Assembly: GCA_964016885.1 (NCBI GenBank)
Contig: OZ024746.1
Span: forward strand, 1,736,001 to 1,800,000
Source of the DNA: Eledone cirrhosa
Lineage: Eukaryota
Reading direction: 5' to 3'
DNA: 64,000 nucleotides
In this document: piece after piece, positions 37,878-51,467 of the stretch
How the letters are laid out: each line of letters begins with the position of its first letter
Position numbering within the stretch: the first letter of the stretch is position 1
Position numbers and translations under genes: made by a program
Notes under the pieces: generated by a model
What the model was told of the DNA's origin: nothing
Database searches by the model: none
What the model saw: the letters and a program-made list of their open reading frames with translations, nothing else

Positions 37878-38562
37878 ACCTCTCTGTTGACAAGCTATGT
37901 GGTGAGTGAATGTAGATGAAATCCTGGAACAAGTCTAGCTTTAGAATTTATCTGGCGAAATCTTCAAAATGACACTCATTATTTCCTATAAACATTTCAC
38001 AGCGTGTATAGATGTTTCACTGTATATCTGAAAATATATATATAGTTAACAGACTCTCCTGCAGTTTATATTTACTGTTGAACAAGTTTCCTGCTAGATT
38101 ACAAAATATCCCTTCACCATTTTTTAACAGTTATGGAGGCTCTGAAAAAACAGACACCTCAAGATAAATCATAGCTCTCTTTGTCAATAATCTCCATTCC
38201 TGACACCCAAGATTGTTTGGAGTAGACTACATAGATAGAGAAGGAATAAGCAAACTATTCTAATAAATTCTGGTTATAATCAGCTGCAATATAACTTAGT
38301 CTTCAATGAAAGTGATTTATTACTGACATGATAAAGTGAATAACTAAAAATTGTACAAAAGGTTTGTTGTGTGTCACAATCTTAGCTTTATTTCATAGTC
38401 TGGCTTTAGAATATCATTGAAACTGATCATTTATATATTTATTTCTTCTGGTTTGTTATTCCTCCATAAGTAAGTCTGTGATCTCCAGTCCCATCTAAAT
38501 CAGGCTTCAGTGCCACCTAACAAAATTAGTTATCATTTGGATCTTAAACAATTACATCGATT

Positions 38563-38626
38563 AGATTTGAGTTGATTAATAAACCTGTGTATAGGAATAC
38601 ACAGGTTTATTAATCAACTCAAATCT
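38563..38626. repeat. Perfect hairpin: 30-bp stem, 4-nt loop
   Basis: agatttgagttgattaataaacctgtgtat-agga-atacacaggtttattaatcaactcaaatct. Confidence 0.95.
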
Positions 38627-39019
38627 CCATTCCTGCTTCTGACAGAACATTCTAAAATAATATCTAATAGTCACCAATGAAGCCTATATGCAGTTGATTG
38701 ATTTGCTAGTAAAAGCTGCTAACTATCCTTCAAATCATACATACAGTACCATTTTAAGGAAAGATACATCTGACAGTGTAATCTTAGATATACAAAAAGA
38801 CAGGATGGTCATGAATGGAATGTTTTTTTATCATAGGTCTACTTGCTCTTAGCTGATGTAGGGCTAAGCCATAACAATATTTACTGAGAAGCTGGAAAAT
38901 GAAACCTCTTTCATGTCAAATAAATAATTTATATATTTAAGATAAACTGATGTTACATAAATAAAAATCAAAACTAAATCAAATAAATTTGAACTCAGAA
39001 TATAAAATTAAACTAAATA

Positions 39020-39257
39020 TAATTGTTTCTACTTTTGGCACAAGGCCAACAATTATCCCAGTGCATTACTGGTACTTTATTTTATCGATCCAGTAAGGAT
39101 GAAAGGCAAAGTTAACCTCGGCAGGATTTGAACCCAGATCATAAAGGGAGGTAACTCTATGCTTCAAAGCATGGTGTCCGACCCTCTACCGATACTGCCA
39201 ATCCACCACCCTAGCATGGTGTCCGACCCTCTACCGATACTGCCAATCCACCACCCT
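39020..39257 (-). mobile_element. SINE family B with a duplicated 45-bp head
   Basis: agcatggtgtccgaccctctaccgatactgccaatccaccaccct at 39168 and 39213. Confidence 0.9.
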
Positions 39258-39362
39258 CAATTAAACGAAATAATATAAAGAAGTTCACCCTCTGCTTTAC
39301 TTGTCTTACTACATTTACTGACTTCTCATCAATAACAGAACAGCACCCTCAAACTATTACAC

Positions 39363-40895
39363 CACCTCTCTTTCTCAGCTTCACTCATCTACCTCTCTCT
39401 CAGCTTCACTCATCTACCTCTCTCTCAGCTTCACTCATCTACCTCTCTCAGCTTCACTCATCTACCTCTCTCTCAACTTCACTCATCTACCTCTCTCTCA
39501 ACTTCACTCATCTACCTCTCTCTCAGCTTCACTCATCTACCTCTCTCTCAACTTCACTCATCTACCTCTCTCTGTTTCACTCATCTACCTCTCTCTCAAC
39601 TTCACTCATCTACCTCTCTCTGTTTCACTCATCTACCTCTCTCTGTTTCACTCATCTACCTCTCTCTCAACTTCACTCATCTACCTCTCTCTCAACTTCA
39701 CTCATCTACCTCTCTCTCAGCTTCACTCATCTACCTCTCTCTCAACTTCACTCATCTACCTCTCTCTCAACTTCACTCATCTACCTCTCTCTCAGCTTCA
39801 CTCATCTACCTCTCTCTCAACTTCACTCATCTACCACTCTCTCAGCTTCACTCATCTACTTCTCTCTCAACTTCACTCATCTACCTCTCTCTGTTTCACT
39901 CATCTACCTCTCTCTCAACTTCACTCATCTACCTCTCTCTCAGCTTCACTCATCTACCTCTCTCTCAACTTCACTCATCTACCTCTCTCTCAGCTTCACT
40001 CATCTACCTCTCTCTCAGCTTCACTCATCTACCTCTCTCTCAACTTCACTCATCTACCTCTCTCTCAACTTCACTCATCTACCTCTCTCTCAGCTTCACT
40101 CATCTACCTCTCTCTCAACTTCACTCATCTACCTCTCTCTCAGCTTCACTCATCTACCTCTCTCTCAGCTTCACTCATCTACCTCTCTCTCAACTTCACT
40201 CATCTACCTCTCTCTGTTTCACTCATCTACCTCTCTCTCAACTTCACTCATCTACCTCTCTCTGTTTCACTCATCTACCTCTCTCTCAACTTCACTCATC
40301 TACCTCTCTCTGTTTCACTCATCTACCTCTCTCTCAACTTCACTCATCTACCTCTCTCTCAGCTTCACTCATCTACCTCTCTCTCAACTTCACTCATCTA
40401 CCTCTCTCTCAGCTTCACTCATCTACCTCTCTCTCAACTTCACTCATCTACCTCTCTCTCAACTTCACTCATCTACCTCTCTCTCAGCTTCACTCATCTA
40501 CCTCTCTCTCAACTTCACTCATCTACCACTCTCTCAGCTTCACTCATCTACCTCTCTCTGTTTCACTCATCTACCTCTCTCTCAACTTCACTCATCTACC
40601 TCTCTCAGCTTCACTCATCTACCTCTCTCTCAACTTCACTCATCTACCTCTCTCTGTTTCACTCATCTACCTCTCTCTCAGCTTCACTCATCTACCTCTC
40701 TCTCAACTTCACTCATCTACCTCTCTCTCAGCTTCACTCATCTACCTCTCTCTCAGCTTCACTCATCTACCTCTCTCTCAGCTTCACTCATCTACCTCTC
40801 TCTCAGCTTCACTCATCTACCTCTCTCTCAGCTTCACTCATCTACCTCTCTCTCAACTTCACTCATCTACCTCTCTCTCAACTTCACTCATCTAC
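39363..40895. repeat. 25-bp (23-bp variant) pyrimidine-rich minisatellite, about 60 copies
   Basis: Unit cttcactcatctacctctctctca(g/a). Confidence 0.96.
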
Positions 40896-41027
40896 CACTA
40901 CACCATCACAATTAATACTTTAGCTCACCACCAACTCTCCACTTTACATCTTACTCCCAACATGGTGCCTGGGTGATGAGGGAAGGCATCAGATATCTCT
41001 CTATATACATCTACTGCTAATCCATCA

Positions 41028-41169
<142 letters not shown>

Positions 41170-41682
41170 CATTGAAACTCTTCTGAAGAAATGTACCCAT
41201 CACTCATGCTGTATATCTTCTATCACCAATGTCATCCACAACTTCCAGAAGCCCCTGTTGCTACCCAGGCTCTCACACCCCATCACACACCTATATTATT
41301 CAATCTCCTACCAATAAGCTAAAGTCTAAAGTCTGTCTGAAGTCAGGAGATTCGTTAGGCCAGTGTTTATCCCAATTCTATGCCATGAAGCAACAGAGAG
41401 TACAAGACTCCCTCATGGACAGGACACCAGTCCATCGCAGGGTTAAACCCCCAGGTATTGTTGGTACTCATTTTCGGCTGAGTATACAGGAGCAATGTGA
41501 AATGAAGTGTTTTGCTCAAGAACACAACACAAAACCAGCTAATTTGTAGCATTAATTTTTACTTCAACTCTTAACATCCTGTACCACATGAAACCTCATT
41601 AGCAGGACATTCTTGAAGACTATAAAACAGTACTGTGACTGTAATATAGTCTTTACTGCAGATTTTCACTATAATCTGTCCA

Positions 41683-41868
41683 TTAATTGTTTCTATATTT
41701 GGCACAAGGCCAGCAATTACCCAGTGCATTACTGGTACTTTATTTTATTGACCCCGTAAGGATGAAAGTTAAAGTTAACCTCGGCGGGATTTGAACTCAG
41801 ACCATAAAGGGACATAACTCTTTACAGTAAAGCATGGCGTCCAATCCTCTACCGATACTGCCAATCCA
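41683..41868 (-). mobile_element. SINE family B
   Basis: Reverse complement of the 42267-42452 copy. Confidence 0.9.
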
Positions 41869-42266
41869 TATGTACATTAATTAAAAACAAATTTAAACAT
41901 TTGAATTTAAAAACCTATATTCTTTTAGATATTTTCTGCTAAATTATCACAGAATAGTATTAAGAGTTAGTTGGTGTTAGGAATGGCACAACCAACTGTA
42001 AAGATCCCAGCTAAAATACAGTTCCATTTCAACAAGGAATGGCACGACCAACTGGCCAGACTTTCTGTCATAACATGGACAACCCATCTAACCTATACAA
42101 GAATAGAAAAATAGATGTTAAATGATGATGATGATGGTATTAAGAGTTAATCCCCACAATCCCCTTACAAAGGAACATCATTGTTGAAATGTCTAGATAT
42201 GCTTCAGACCGTATGATACCATTAATCCTCCAAGAGGTAAACTATCTGTAAACAGTGATATTATTT

Positions 42267-42452
42267 AGTGGATTGGCAGTATCGGTGGAGGGTTGGACGC
42301 CATGCTTTCTAGCATAGTTACGTCCCTTTACGATCTGAGTTCAAATCCCGCCGAGGTTGACTTTGCCTTTCATCCTTACGGGGTCGATAAAATAAAGTAC
42401 CAGTAATGCACTGGGTAATTGCTGGCCTTGTGCCTAAAGTAGAAACAATTAT
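42267..42452 (+). mobile_element. SINE family B, full length
   Basis: Head, B-box gagttcaaatcccgccgag, core and tail gtagaaacaattatt. Confidence 0.92.
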
Positions 42453-43509
42453 TTATTGTATCAGGATTTAAGAGAAAGTATCATCAGAAGAAAACATTCT
42501 CAATCCTCAGTATGTGATAATTGTTTCTACGTTAGGCACAAGGCCAGCAATTATCCAGTGCATTACTGGTACTTTATAATGCCATCAAGATACCAACCTC
42601 CAGTTCTCAATCATGATACACTAAGATCTGCTGGCTTTGAGAAATAAAGACAAACATTTTCTTTACACATACATACACACATACACATGTTCACACACAC
42701 ATGTGCATGCACACACATATATACACATACACAAATGTGCACAGACACACACGTACACAGACACACACACATACACACACACATACATGGGCACACACAC
42801 GTGTACACACACATACACACACCAACACACTACACACACCTACAGCAGACTTCAGTTACACAACATTCATTACAAATTGCTGAAATGATTGTTGAAGTTG
42901 ATTAGTTGATTTGCACCTGCCATATGTACATAATATATGTTGTATATATGTAGATGGGTGAGAGAGAGAGGGGGTAGAGAGAGAGGGGGGAGAGGGGGGG
43001 GAGCAATTCATTTATGATTGCCATCACTCCATGATTTTACAAAAATCCTGTTGTAAATACAAAGTTGCATATCAGAGTGGACAGAATACATGACATAGCG
43101 GATAAATGGATTTGTGTGGGAACACAAGAATGCTCCGTACTGTACAGTTTCAATACCACGTCCTGTAAGCAATTGATGCATTAGCAATATATCATGCATA
43201 TATATATATATATATATATATGCAGAGGTTATATTTAATTAAAAAAATTTTATAACTGATATAAAGCACTCAACAAATTAGTGGAGTAAATATACAATAT
43301 TACAATATAGTGGAGTAAATATACAATATAAATATACAATAAATGGAAACTATATTTATAAAACCATATTTATTTTATTATACATATTTCAAGGGCAACC
43401 AAGGCAAATTATGGTGCGCTTTCATCAGATAAAATACAGATTTGGTTTATAAATAAATATTGACATACTCGGAAAAAAAGACAACCTTAACGGTTGGAGC
43501 TTCCATATC

Positions 43510-43607
43510 AATTGCGGATATGCTGAATATTGTTAAGTTGCATATTATTATTATTATCACTATCTGTACAAATATGCAACTTAACAATATTCTGCATATC
43601 CACAATT
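43510..43607. repeat. Inverted repeat: 37-bp arms (2 mismatches), 24-nt loop
   Basis: aattgcggatatgctgaatattgttaagttgcatatt / aatatgcaacttaacaatattctgcatatccacaatt. Confidence 0.9.
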
Positions 43608-43927
43608 AACAATGCATATTATGCTGAAACTGGTATTGTAAATAAATCAATGTTTTGATATTTCACTGAAAAAAATCTTAACATTTTCTACTGAAAAAAT
43701 CTTTCTCCTTTCTACTATTTGTTTTCATATATATATATGTGTGTGTGTACTGTAATGTGGTTGGCGTTACGAAGAGCATCCAACAAAACCAAGCCAAAAT
43801 CAGTTCTATGAGCAAGACATGGTCAGCTGACCTCGACTTACCTCAAATACGACAACTCATCTGACCCATGCTAGTGCGGGAAATGGACGTTAAACGGTGA
43901 TGATCACGATGAATAAGTAAGAACGAG

Positions 43928-44130
43928 GTCAAAGTATCATCATTAAGTTTATTCAGGTGTGATGGGTGTTTCACAATTGATCAGCTCAAGGTTTGAACTG
44001 TATTGATCGGGCTCAACTCTGGAATCAATAGTTCATCAGACTCAGGCCCAATCGATACAGATCGAACCTTGAACTGATCAATCATGAAATGCACGTCACA
44101 CCTGAATAAACTTAATGATGATACTTCGAC
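43928..44130. mobile_element. Fold-back, MITE-like hairpin element with arms of about 85 bp
   Basis: Perfect 31-bp arm aagtatcatcattaagtttattcaggtgtga / tcacacctgaataaacttaatgatgatactt; inner arms are imperfect. Confidence 0.8.
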
Positions 44131-44135
44131 ACCTC

Positions 44136-44305
44136 ATCGGTAGAGGGTCAGACGCCATGCTTTGTAGCATAAAGTTACGGCCCTTTACGGTCTGAATTCA
44201 AATCCCGCTGAGGTAACTTTGCCTCTCCTTACGGGGTCGATAAAATAAAGTACCAGTAATACATGGGATAATTGCTGGCCTTGTGCCAAAAGTAGAAACA
44301 ATTAT
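44136..44305 (+). mobile_element. SINE family B, 5'-truncated
   Basis: atcggtagagggtcagacgccatgc...gtagaaacaattatt. Confidence 0.88.
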
Positions 44306-44342
44306 TGAAATTACACTCTAGTTATATAGGAAACTGAGCTAG

Positions 44343-44890
44343 TATACACCATGTACTATACTACAATAGACCATAGTATAACACCATGTACTATAGTATA
44401 ACACCATGTACTATACTACAATAGACCATAGTATAACACCATGTACTATAGTATAACACCATGTACTATACTACAATAGACCATAGTATAACACCATGTA
44501 CTATAGTATAACACCATGTACTATACTACAATAGACCATAGTATAACACCATGTACTATAGTATAACACCATGTACTATACTACAATAGACCATAGTATA
44601 ACACCATGTACTATAGTATAACACCATGTACTATACTACAATAGACCATAGTATAACACCATGTACTATAGTATACACCATGTACTATACTACAATAGAC
44701 CATAGTATAACACCATGTACTATAGTATAACACCATGTACTATACTACAATAGACCATAGTATAACACCATGTACTATAGTATAACACCATGTACTATAC
44801 TACAATAGACCATAGTATAACACCATGTACTATAGTATAACACCATGTACTATACTACAATAGACCATAGTATAACACCATGTACTATAC
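44343..44890. repeat. 55-bp minisatellite (20+35 sub-repeats), about 10 copies
   Basis: Period 55 (44371, 44426). Confidence 0.93.
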
Positions 44891-45996
44891 TGGACAATAC
44901 CATATCCTCAGTCAATCTCTGGAAATCACTACTGTTTCAGTACATTAAGGTTGATACCATTCCAGCGCATATTGAGACATGAAAAAACAGGTAGAGGCCA
45001 AAGACTGGTTGACTCAAACTATAGAGACCATATAGAGACTGACTGGTTGACCCCTAACTATTACTCAATAAGTATAGGGAAATATCGATCCGCCCACCCA
45101 TCCATCTTCCACGCTAGCATGGGTTATATATATAGTCACAAACATTTAGTATACATTATATAATGTATGTACATGTGTGTATCAACATCATCATCATTGA
45201 TTAATGTCTATCTTCCACACTAGCATGGGTTAGATGGGAATTGTCGCACTTGAGGCAAGATTGGTGTGTGTATATATATGTATACCTACCTACAAATATA
45301 CATACATACATATATACACATATATATATATATACTTCAATGTGTGTGTGTGTGTGTGTACATGCAAATATATAAATATATGTCACCCTCATCAGCATGG
45401 GTGTGTAAACACACAAACATACACACAATCCCACACACAAACATACACACACACATAAAAAAAACCCTGAAATTACAAGAGATTTTCATAAATAGAAACC
45501 AGATGACATTTTTTCAGGTAATTTAAGAGATTTCAGTTTTCTTTCCCTCCTTTTCTTTCCTCTTCTATTTCAGATTTATTTATTTATTTATTTTGTTTCT
45601 TTCTCTCTTTTAGATAATATCTGACATTGTCAGCAATGAAAACTTCCTCTATTTCTCTCTTTCTCATTGCTCTGGCATTAAACAGTAATTTTTGGCTCTG
45701 AAATAGATTGAATTGCTGGCTGAAGATTTATTACTTTTCCAACAAACAGAAATACAAAAGTTGTATATGGTTTCTAAAGTATGGAAATTACCCTCAAAAC
45801 ACTGAAGGTCTAATTATGGTTTAATATATAAGGTATAGGGCATGGCTGTGTGGTTAACCACATGCTATTAGGGTTTAGTCCCATTAAAAACACTTCAGAC
45901 AAGTGTCTCAAAACCAACCAATGCTTAGTAAGTGAATTTGTTAGATGGAAAATATAGGAAGACTTCTCAGGGATGAATCCTATTTCACTTCCTGAT

Positions 45997-46470
45997 CAAT
46001 CAGCTCAAGGTACAACAGTACCGATGACAATCAGCTCAAGGTACAACCAGTACCGATGACAATCAGCTCAAGGTACAACCAGTACCGATGACAATCAGCT
46101 CAAGGTACAACAGTACCGATGACAATCAGCTCAAGGTACAACCAGTACCGATGACAATCAGCTCAAGGTACAACCAGTACCGATGACAATCAGCTCAAGG
46201 TACAACCAGTACCGATGACAATCAGCTCAAGGTACAACCAGTACCGATGACAATCAGCTCAAGATACAACCAGTACCGATGACAATCAGCTCAAGATACA
46301 ACCAGTACCGATGACAATCAGCTCAAGGTACAACTAGTATCGATGACAATCAGCTCAAGGTACAACAGTATTGATGACAATCAGCTCAAGGTACAACAGT
46401 ATTGATGACAATCAGCTCAAGGTACAACAGTATTGATGACAATCAGCTCAAGGTACAACCAGTATTGATG
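45997..46470. repeat. 31-32-bp minisatellite, about 15 copies, inside a relic of the 43928 hairpin element
   Basis: Unit caatcagctcaaggtacaaccagtaccgatga; the right flank caactttggaatcaataactcaatcagactca matches 44014-44044. Confidence 0.9.
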
Positions 46471-46756
46471 TCGCCCAACTTTGGAATCAATAACTCAATC
46501 AGACTCATGGTTTCCTTAATGAGGTGAGATATCTAAGTACAGCTTTAAATGACCATTTCTCATTCAGTTGAGGTGTTAGAGTGTTCATTGTTTTGATTGG
46601 TTGGGGAGAGAATAGAATAGAGAAGAAAGGGAGACAAGGGAGAAAGGAAGGAGGGAGAAGGAGGGAGAAGAGGGCAAGGTGAGCCTAAATAATGGTGGAA
46701 AGAGAAGGAAAGGGTGAAGAGAATGGAGGATAATAGAGAGAGATAGAAGATAAAAA

Positions 46757-46937
46757 TAATTGTTTCTATTTTAGGCACAAGGCCATCTATTACTCATTAC
46801 ATTACTGGTACTTTATTTTATCGACCCCGTAAGGATGAAAGGCAAAGTTAACCTCGGCGGGATTTGAACTCAGATCATAAAGGGACATAACTCTATGCTT
46901 CAAAGCATGATGTCCGACTCTCTACCGATACTGCCAA
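46757..46937 (-). mobile_element. SINE family B
   Basis: Homology to the other copies. Confidence 0.88.
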
Positions 46938-47459
46938 AAAATAAAAATAATGAATGGAAGATAAAAGAAAAGGAGAGAAAATGGGAAGTAACAGGGAGAG
47001 GATAGAAGATAATGCTGCATATAATAAAATAAAATTAAAATAAGGAAACCATGATAAATTAATATTGTGCCAAAATAGCAATATAAAAAATATGATAAAT
47101 ATAAATATACGTATAAATATAAGTTTAGATAAAAATAAAATAGAAATATGAAGTGGCTTAGTTTAGGTGGAAATGTGTTTTAGGCTCAAATTAGTTTAGC
47201 AGTCTGTTGACCAAGGTTTAGTGTGTTATCATTCTTGAACTGTTTATGATGTGTCTAAAGTGTGTGTGTGGGGGGGGGGGCTACAGGCTGACAGACACAC
47301 ACACAGACTTAGTCACATACACACTTATATAGACTCCATCACACACAGACAGACATGAGGTTAGATACAAAGTGGGGAGACAGGCAGGTTTGTATAAGCT
47401 GTAATAGTTATTTTAAGAAAAATGTAATTATAATATAAGAATATTATATGAAAATAGCA

Positions 47460-47616
47460 GAGGGTGGATTGGCAGTATCGGTAGAGGGTCCTTGCCATTC
47501 TGAGTTCAAATCCCGCCGAGGTTAACTTTGCCTTTCATCCTTACGGGGTCGATAAAATAAAGTACCAGTAATGCACTGGGTAATTGCTGGCCTTGTGCCA
47601 AAAGTAGAAACAATTA
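47460..47616 (+). mobile_element. SINE family B, internally deleted
   Basis: Homology to the other copies. Confidence 0.88.
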
Positions 47617-47665
47617 TATGAAAATACCATAATCATACTATTGTAAGGAAAGTACAATAACTATA

Positions 47666-47726
<61 letters not shown>

Positions 47727-48511
47727 GTGTAGAGAGGTGGGGGAACAAGTTGACAAGTTCCTCAAACACCGCCCCATATTGTGAGATAGTCTAACAAATT
47801 CTCTCATTACAACTTTCACCACCACCACTTCTATATCATACAGTCACTCACTGAGGGGACACAAGATAATTTTTCAGTGTGGAGGACAGAGGGACCCTAA
47901 TAATTTAGTCAGTGTTGAAAAGTGTCACTAATGCCCATGAAGGTCCTCTTATCACAAACTAGTATCTTTGTAACTATGTCTATCAGCCCTCACCACTAGT
48001 GTCTCATCTGTCCACCCTAAATCATTCACTAAATTACAATAGGATATCTAAGTTGACATCTACATAAAGGTCCTGACATTCCTTCCAAATTACTATTTCT
48101 TAAATCATCACCATGTGTGTGTATTGGGATACATATTTAGACATATATGTACTTACACATGTGTACAGACACAGGTAGATACATACATACAAATGTACAT
48201 ACACACACACATATATATCACTATCATCATTTATACATGGTTTCCCACATGTACACACACATAAATACACACACACACACATATATCACTAACATCCTCA
48301 TTTATACATGGTTTCCCACATGCACACACATAAACACACACACATATCACTAACATTCCTCATTTATAGATGGGTTCCCATGTTGCCATGAGTTGAATAA
48401 GTAGCCATGGTTCAAGTCAGTTTTTATTCAGAGTTAACTCTCCAAGATGGGTCATAAGACCACATCTAGTTCTCACACTCCAGTTTTGATGTTTTATATG
48501 TTTCGTTGCCC

Positions 48512-50771
48512 TTTCATATACTCCTTTATATTCCATACACTCCTTTATATTCCATACACTACTTTATATTCCATACACTACTTTATATTCCATACACTAC
48601 TTTATATTCCATATACTATTTTATATTCCATACACTATTTTATATTCCATACACTACTTTATATTCCATACACTCCTTTATATTCCATACACTACTTTAT
48701 ATTCCATACACTACTTTATATTCCATATACTATTTTATATTCCAAATACTACTTTATATTCCATACACTATTTTATATTCCATACACTACTTTATATTCC
48801 ATACACTCCTTTATATTCCATATACTATTTTATATTCCATACACTATTTTATATTCCATACACTATTTTATATTCCATATACTATTTTATATTCCATACA
48901 CTACTTTATATTCCATACACTATTTTATATTCCATACACTATTTTATATTCCATATACTATTTTATATTCCATACACTACTTTATATTCCACACACTACT
49001 TTATATTCCATACACTACTTTATATTCCATATACTCCTTTATATTCCATATACTATTTTATATTCCATATACTATTTTATATTCCATATACTATTTTATA
49101 TTCCATACACTACTTTATATTCCATACACTACTTTATATTCCATACACTCCTTTATATTCCATACACTATTTTATATTCCATACACTATTTTATATTCCA
49201 TACACTATTTTATATTCCATACACTACTTTATATTCCATACACTACTTTATATTCCATACACCACTTTATATTCCATACACCATTTTATATTCCATACAC
49301 TATTTTATATTCCATATACTATTTTATATTCCATACACTACTTTATATTCTATACACTATTTTATATTCCATACACTATTTTATATTCCATATACTATTT
49401 TATATTCCATATACTATTTTATATTCCATACACTACTTTATATTCCATACACTCCTTTATATTCCATATACTATTTTATATTCCATATACTATTTTATAT
49501 TCCATACACTACTTTATATTCCATACACTCCTTTATATTCCATACACTATTTTATATTCCATACACTCCTTTATATTCCATATACTATTTTATATTCCAT
49601 ATACTATTTTATATTCCATATACTATTTTATATTCCATACACTACTTTATATTCCATACACTACTTTATATTCCATATACTATTTTATATTCCATACATT
49701 ACTTTATATTCCATATACTATTTTATATTCCATATACTATTTTATATTCCATATACTATTTTATATTCCATATACTATTTTATATTCCATACACTATTTT
49801 ATATTCCATACACTATTTTATATTCCATACACTACTTTATATTCCATACACTCCTTTATATTCCATATACTATTTTATATTCCATACACTACTTTATATT
49901 CCATACACTCCTTTATATTCCATATACTATTTTATATTCCATACACTACTTTATATTCCATACACTCCTTTATATTCCATATACTATTTTATATTCCATA
50001 CACTACTTTATATTCCATACACTACTTTATATTCCATACACTACTTTATATTCCAAATACTACTTTATATTCCATACACTACTTTATATTCCATATACTA
50101 TTTTATATTCCATATACTATTTTATATTCCATACACTACTTTATATTCCATACACTCCTTTATATTCCATATACTATTTTATATTCCATACACTACTTTA
50201 TATTCCATACACTACTTTATATTCCACACACTACTTTATATTCCATATACTATTTTATATTCCATACACTACTTTATATTCCATACACTCCGTTATATTC
50301 CATATACTATTTTATATTCCATACACTACTTTATATTCCATATACTCCTTTATATTCCATACACTACTTTATATTCCATACACTACTTTATATTCCATAC
50401 ACTACTTTATATTCCACACACTACTTTATATGCCATACACTACTTTATATGCCATACACTACTTTATATGCCATACACTACTTTATATGCCATACACTAC
50501 TTTATATTCCATACACTCCTTTATATTCCATACACTACTTTATATTCCATATACTACTTTATATTCCAAACACTACTTTATATTCCATACACTACTTTAT
50601 ATTCCATACACTACTTTATATTTCATACACTCCTTTATATTCCATACACTACTTTATATTCCAAACACTACTTTATATTCCAAACACTACTTTATATTCC
50701 AAACACTACTTTATATTCCATACACTACTTTATATTCTATACACTACTTTATATTCCATATACTACTTTAT
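48512..50771. repeat. 19-bp satellite, about 119 copies
   Basis: Unit tatattccatacactactt; produces the 823-aa and 755-aa pseudo-ORFs. Confidence 0.97.
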
Positions 50772-51052
50772 AAAGTGCACCAGGTGTGTTCACCATCATA
50801 TTCTTTCAGTTATTACCCAAAATTCAATACTGAATTGAAGATAGCGAGTTTGGCTTTTATGCCTATAAATATGTATTTAGTTAAATGTGGGCTACCATAC
50901 TTAATTCCAGCCCCTTAATTCATCATCATCACCATCATTGATTCTAAGTTTAAAACCTTCCAAATAACCCCAGAGCAGCCCAAGTAATGAAGCTGCTACT
51001 GATTTCAAAATACAGTCAGTTTGTAAACATAACAAGAAAGATAAAAATTTAC

Positions 51053-51131
51053 CTTAAATTTTAATATTTTTGGAAACTTGAGGGACGAAGGAAGATCTGA
51101 ATCTTGGTAAAAATATCGATCAAATACATAC
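51053..51131 (-). CDS. JMJD8-like: JmjC/TPR gene, exon 1 of 6 in window: (x)YVFDRYFYQDSDLPSSLKFPKILKFK
   Basis: Acceptor tcttttattttag, donor AAG|gtaaat, 79 nt, phase 2 to 0, in frame with exon 36725-36866. A Y.FD motif precedes the core in JMJD6-type JmjC proteins. Confidence 0.85.
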
Positions 51132-51467
51132 CTAAAATAAAAGACATAAAACAAATATTATAAATGTATGTATGTATGTAGGTGGTGGTTGTGGTGGTGG
51201 TGGTGGTGGTGGTGTGGTGTGTGTGGTGTGGTGTGTGTGGTGTGGTGTGTGTGGTGTGTGTGGTGTGGTGTGGTGTGGTGTGGTGTGTGTAGTATGTGAG
51301 TGTATGTACGTGTATGTGTGTGTATACACCAGGGTGTCTATAACTCACCATCATATGGTATCAACATTATCTTTTTTTACAAAATTTACTAAACGTACAA
51401 TTTACAGTATTATATACAATAGAAGTATCAAACAACAATCTAACTTCAATTGCAGAAATGTTGTGTG

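Noticed and set aside
38070-38145. Acceptor-like ttttttcag on the minus strand
   Set aside because: All three frames hit stops within about 30 nt.
48447-50918. 823-aa and 755-aa ORFs
   Set aside because: Translations of a 19-bp satellite that lacks stop codons; no coding features.
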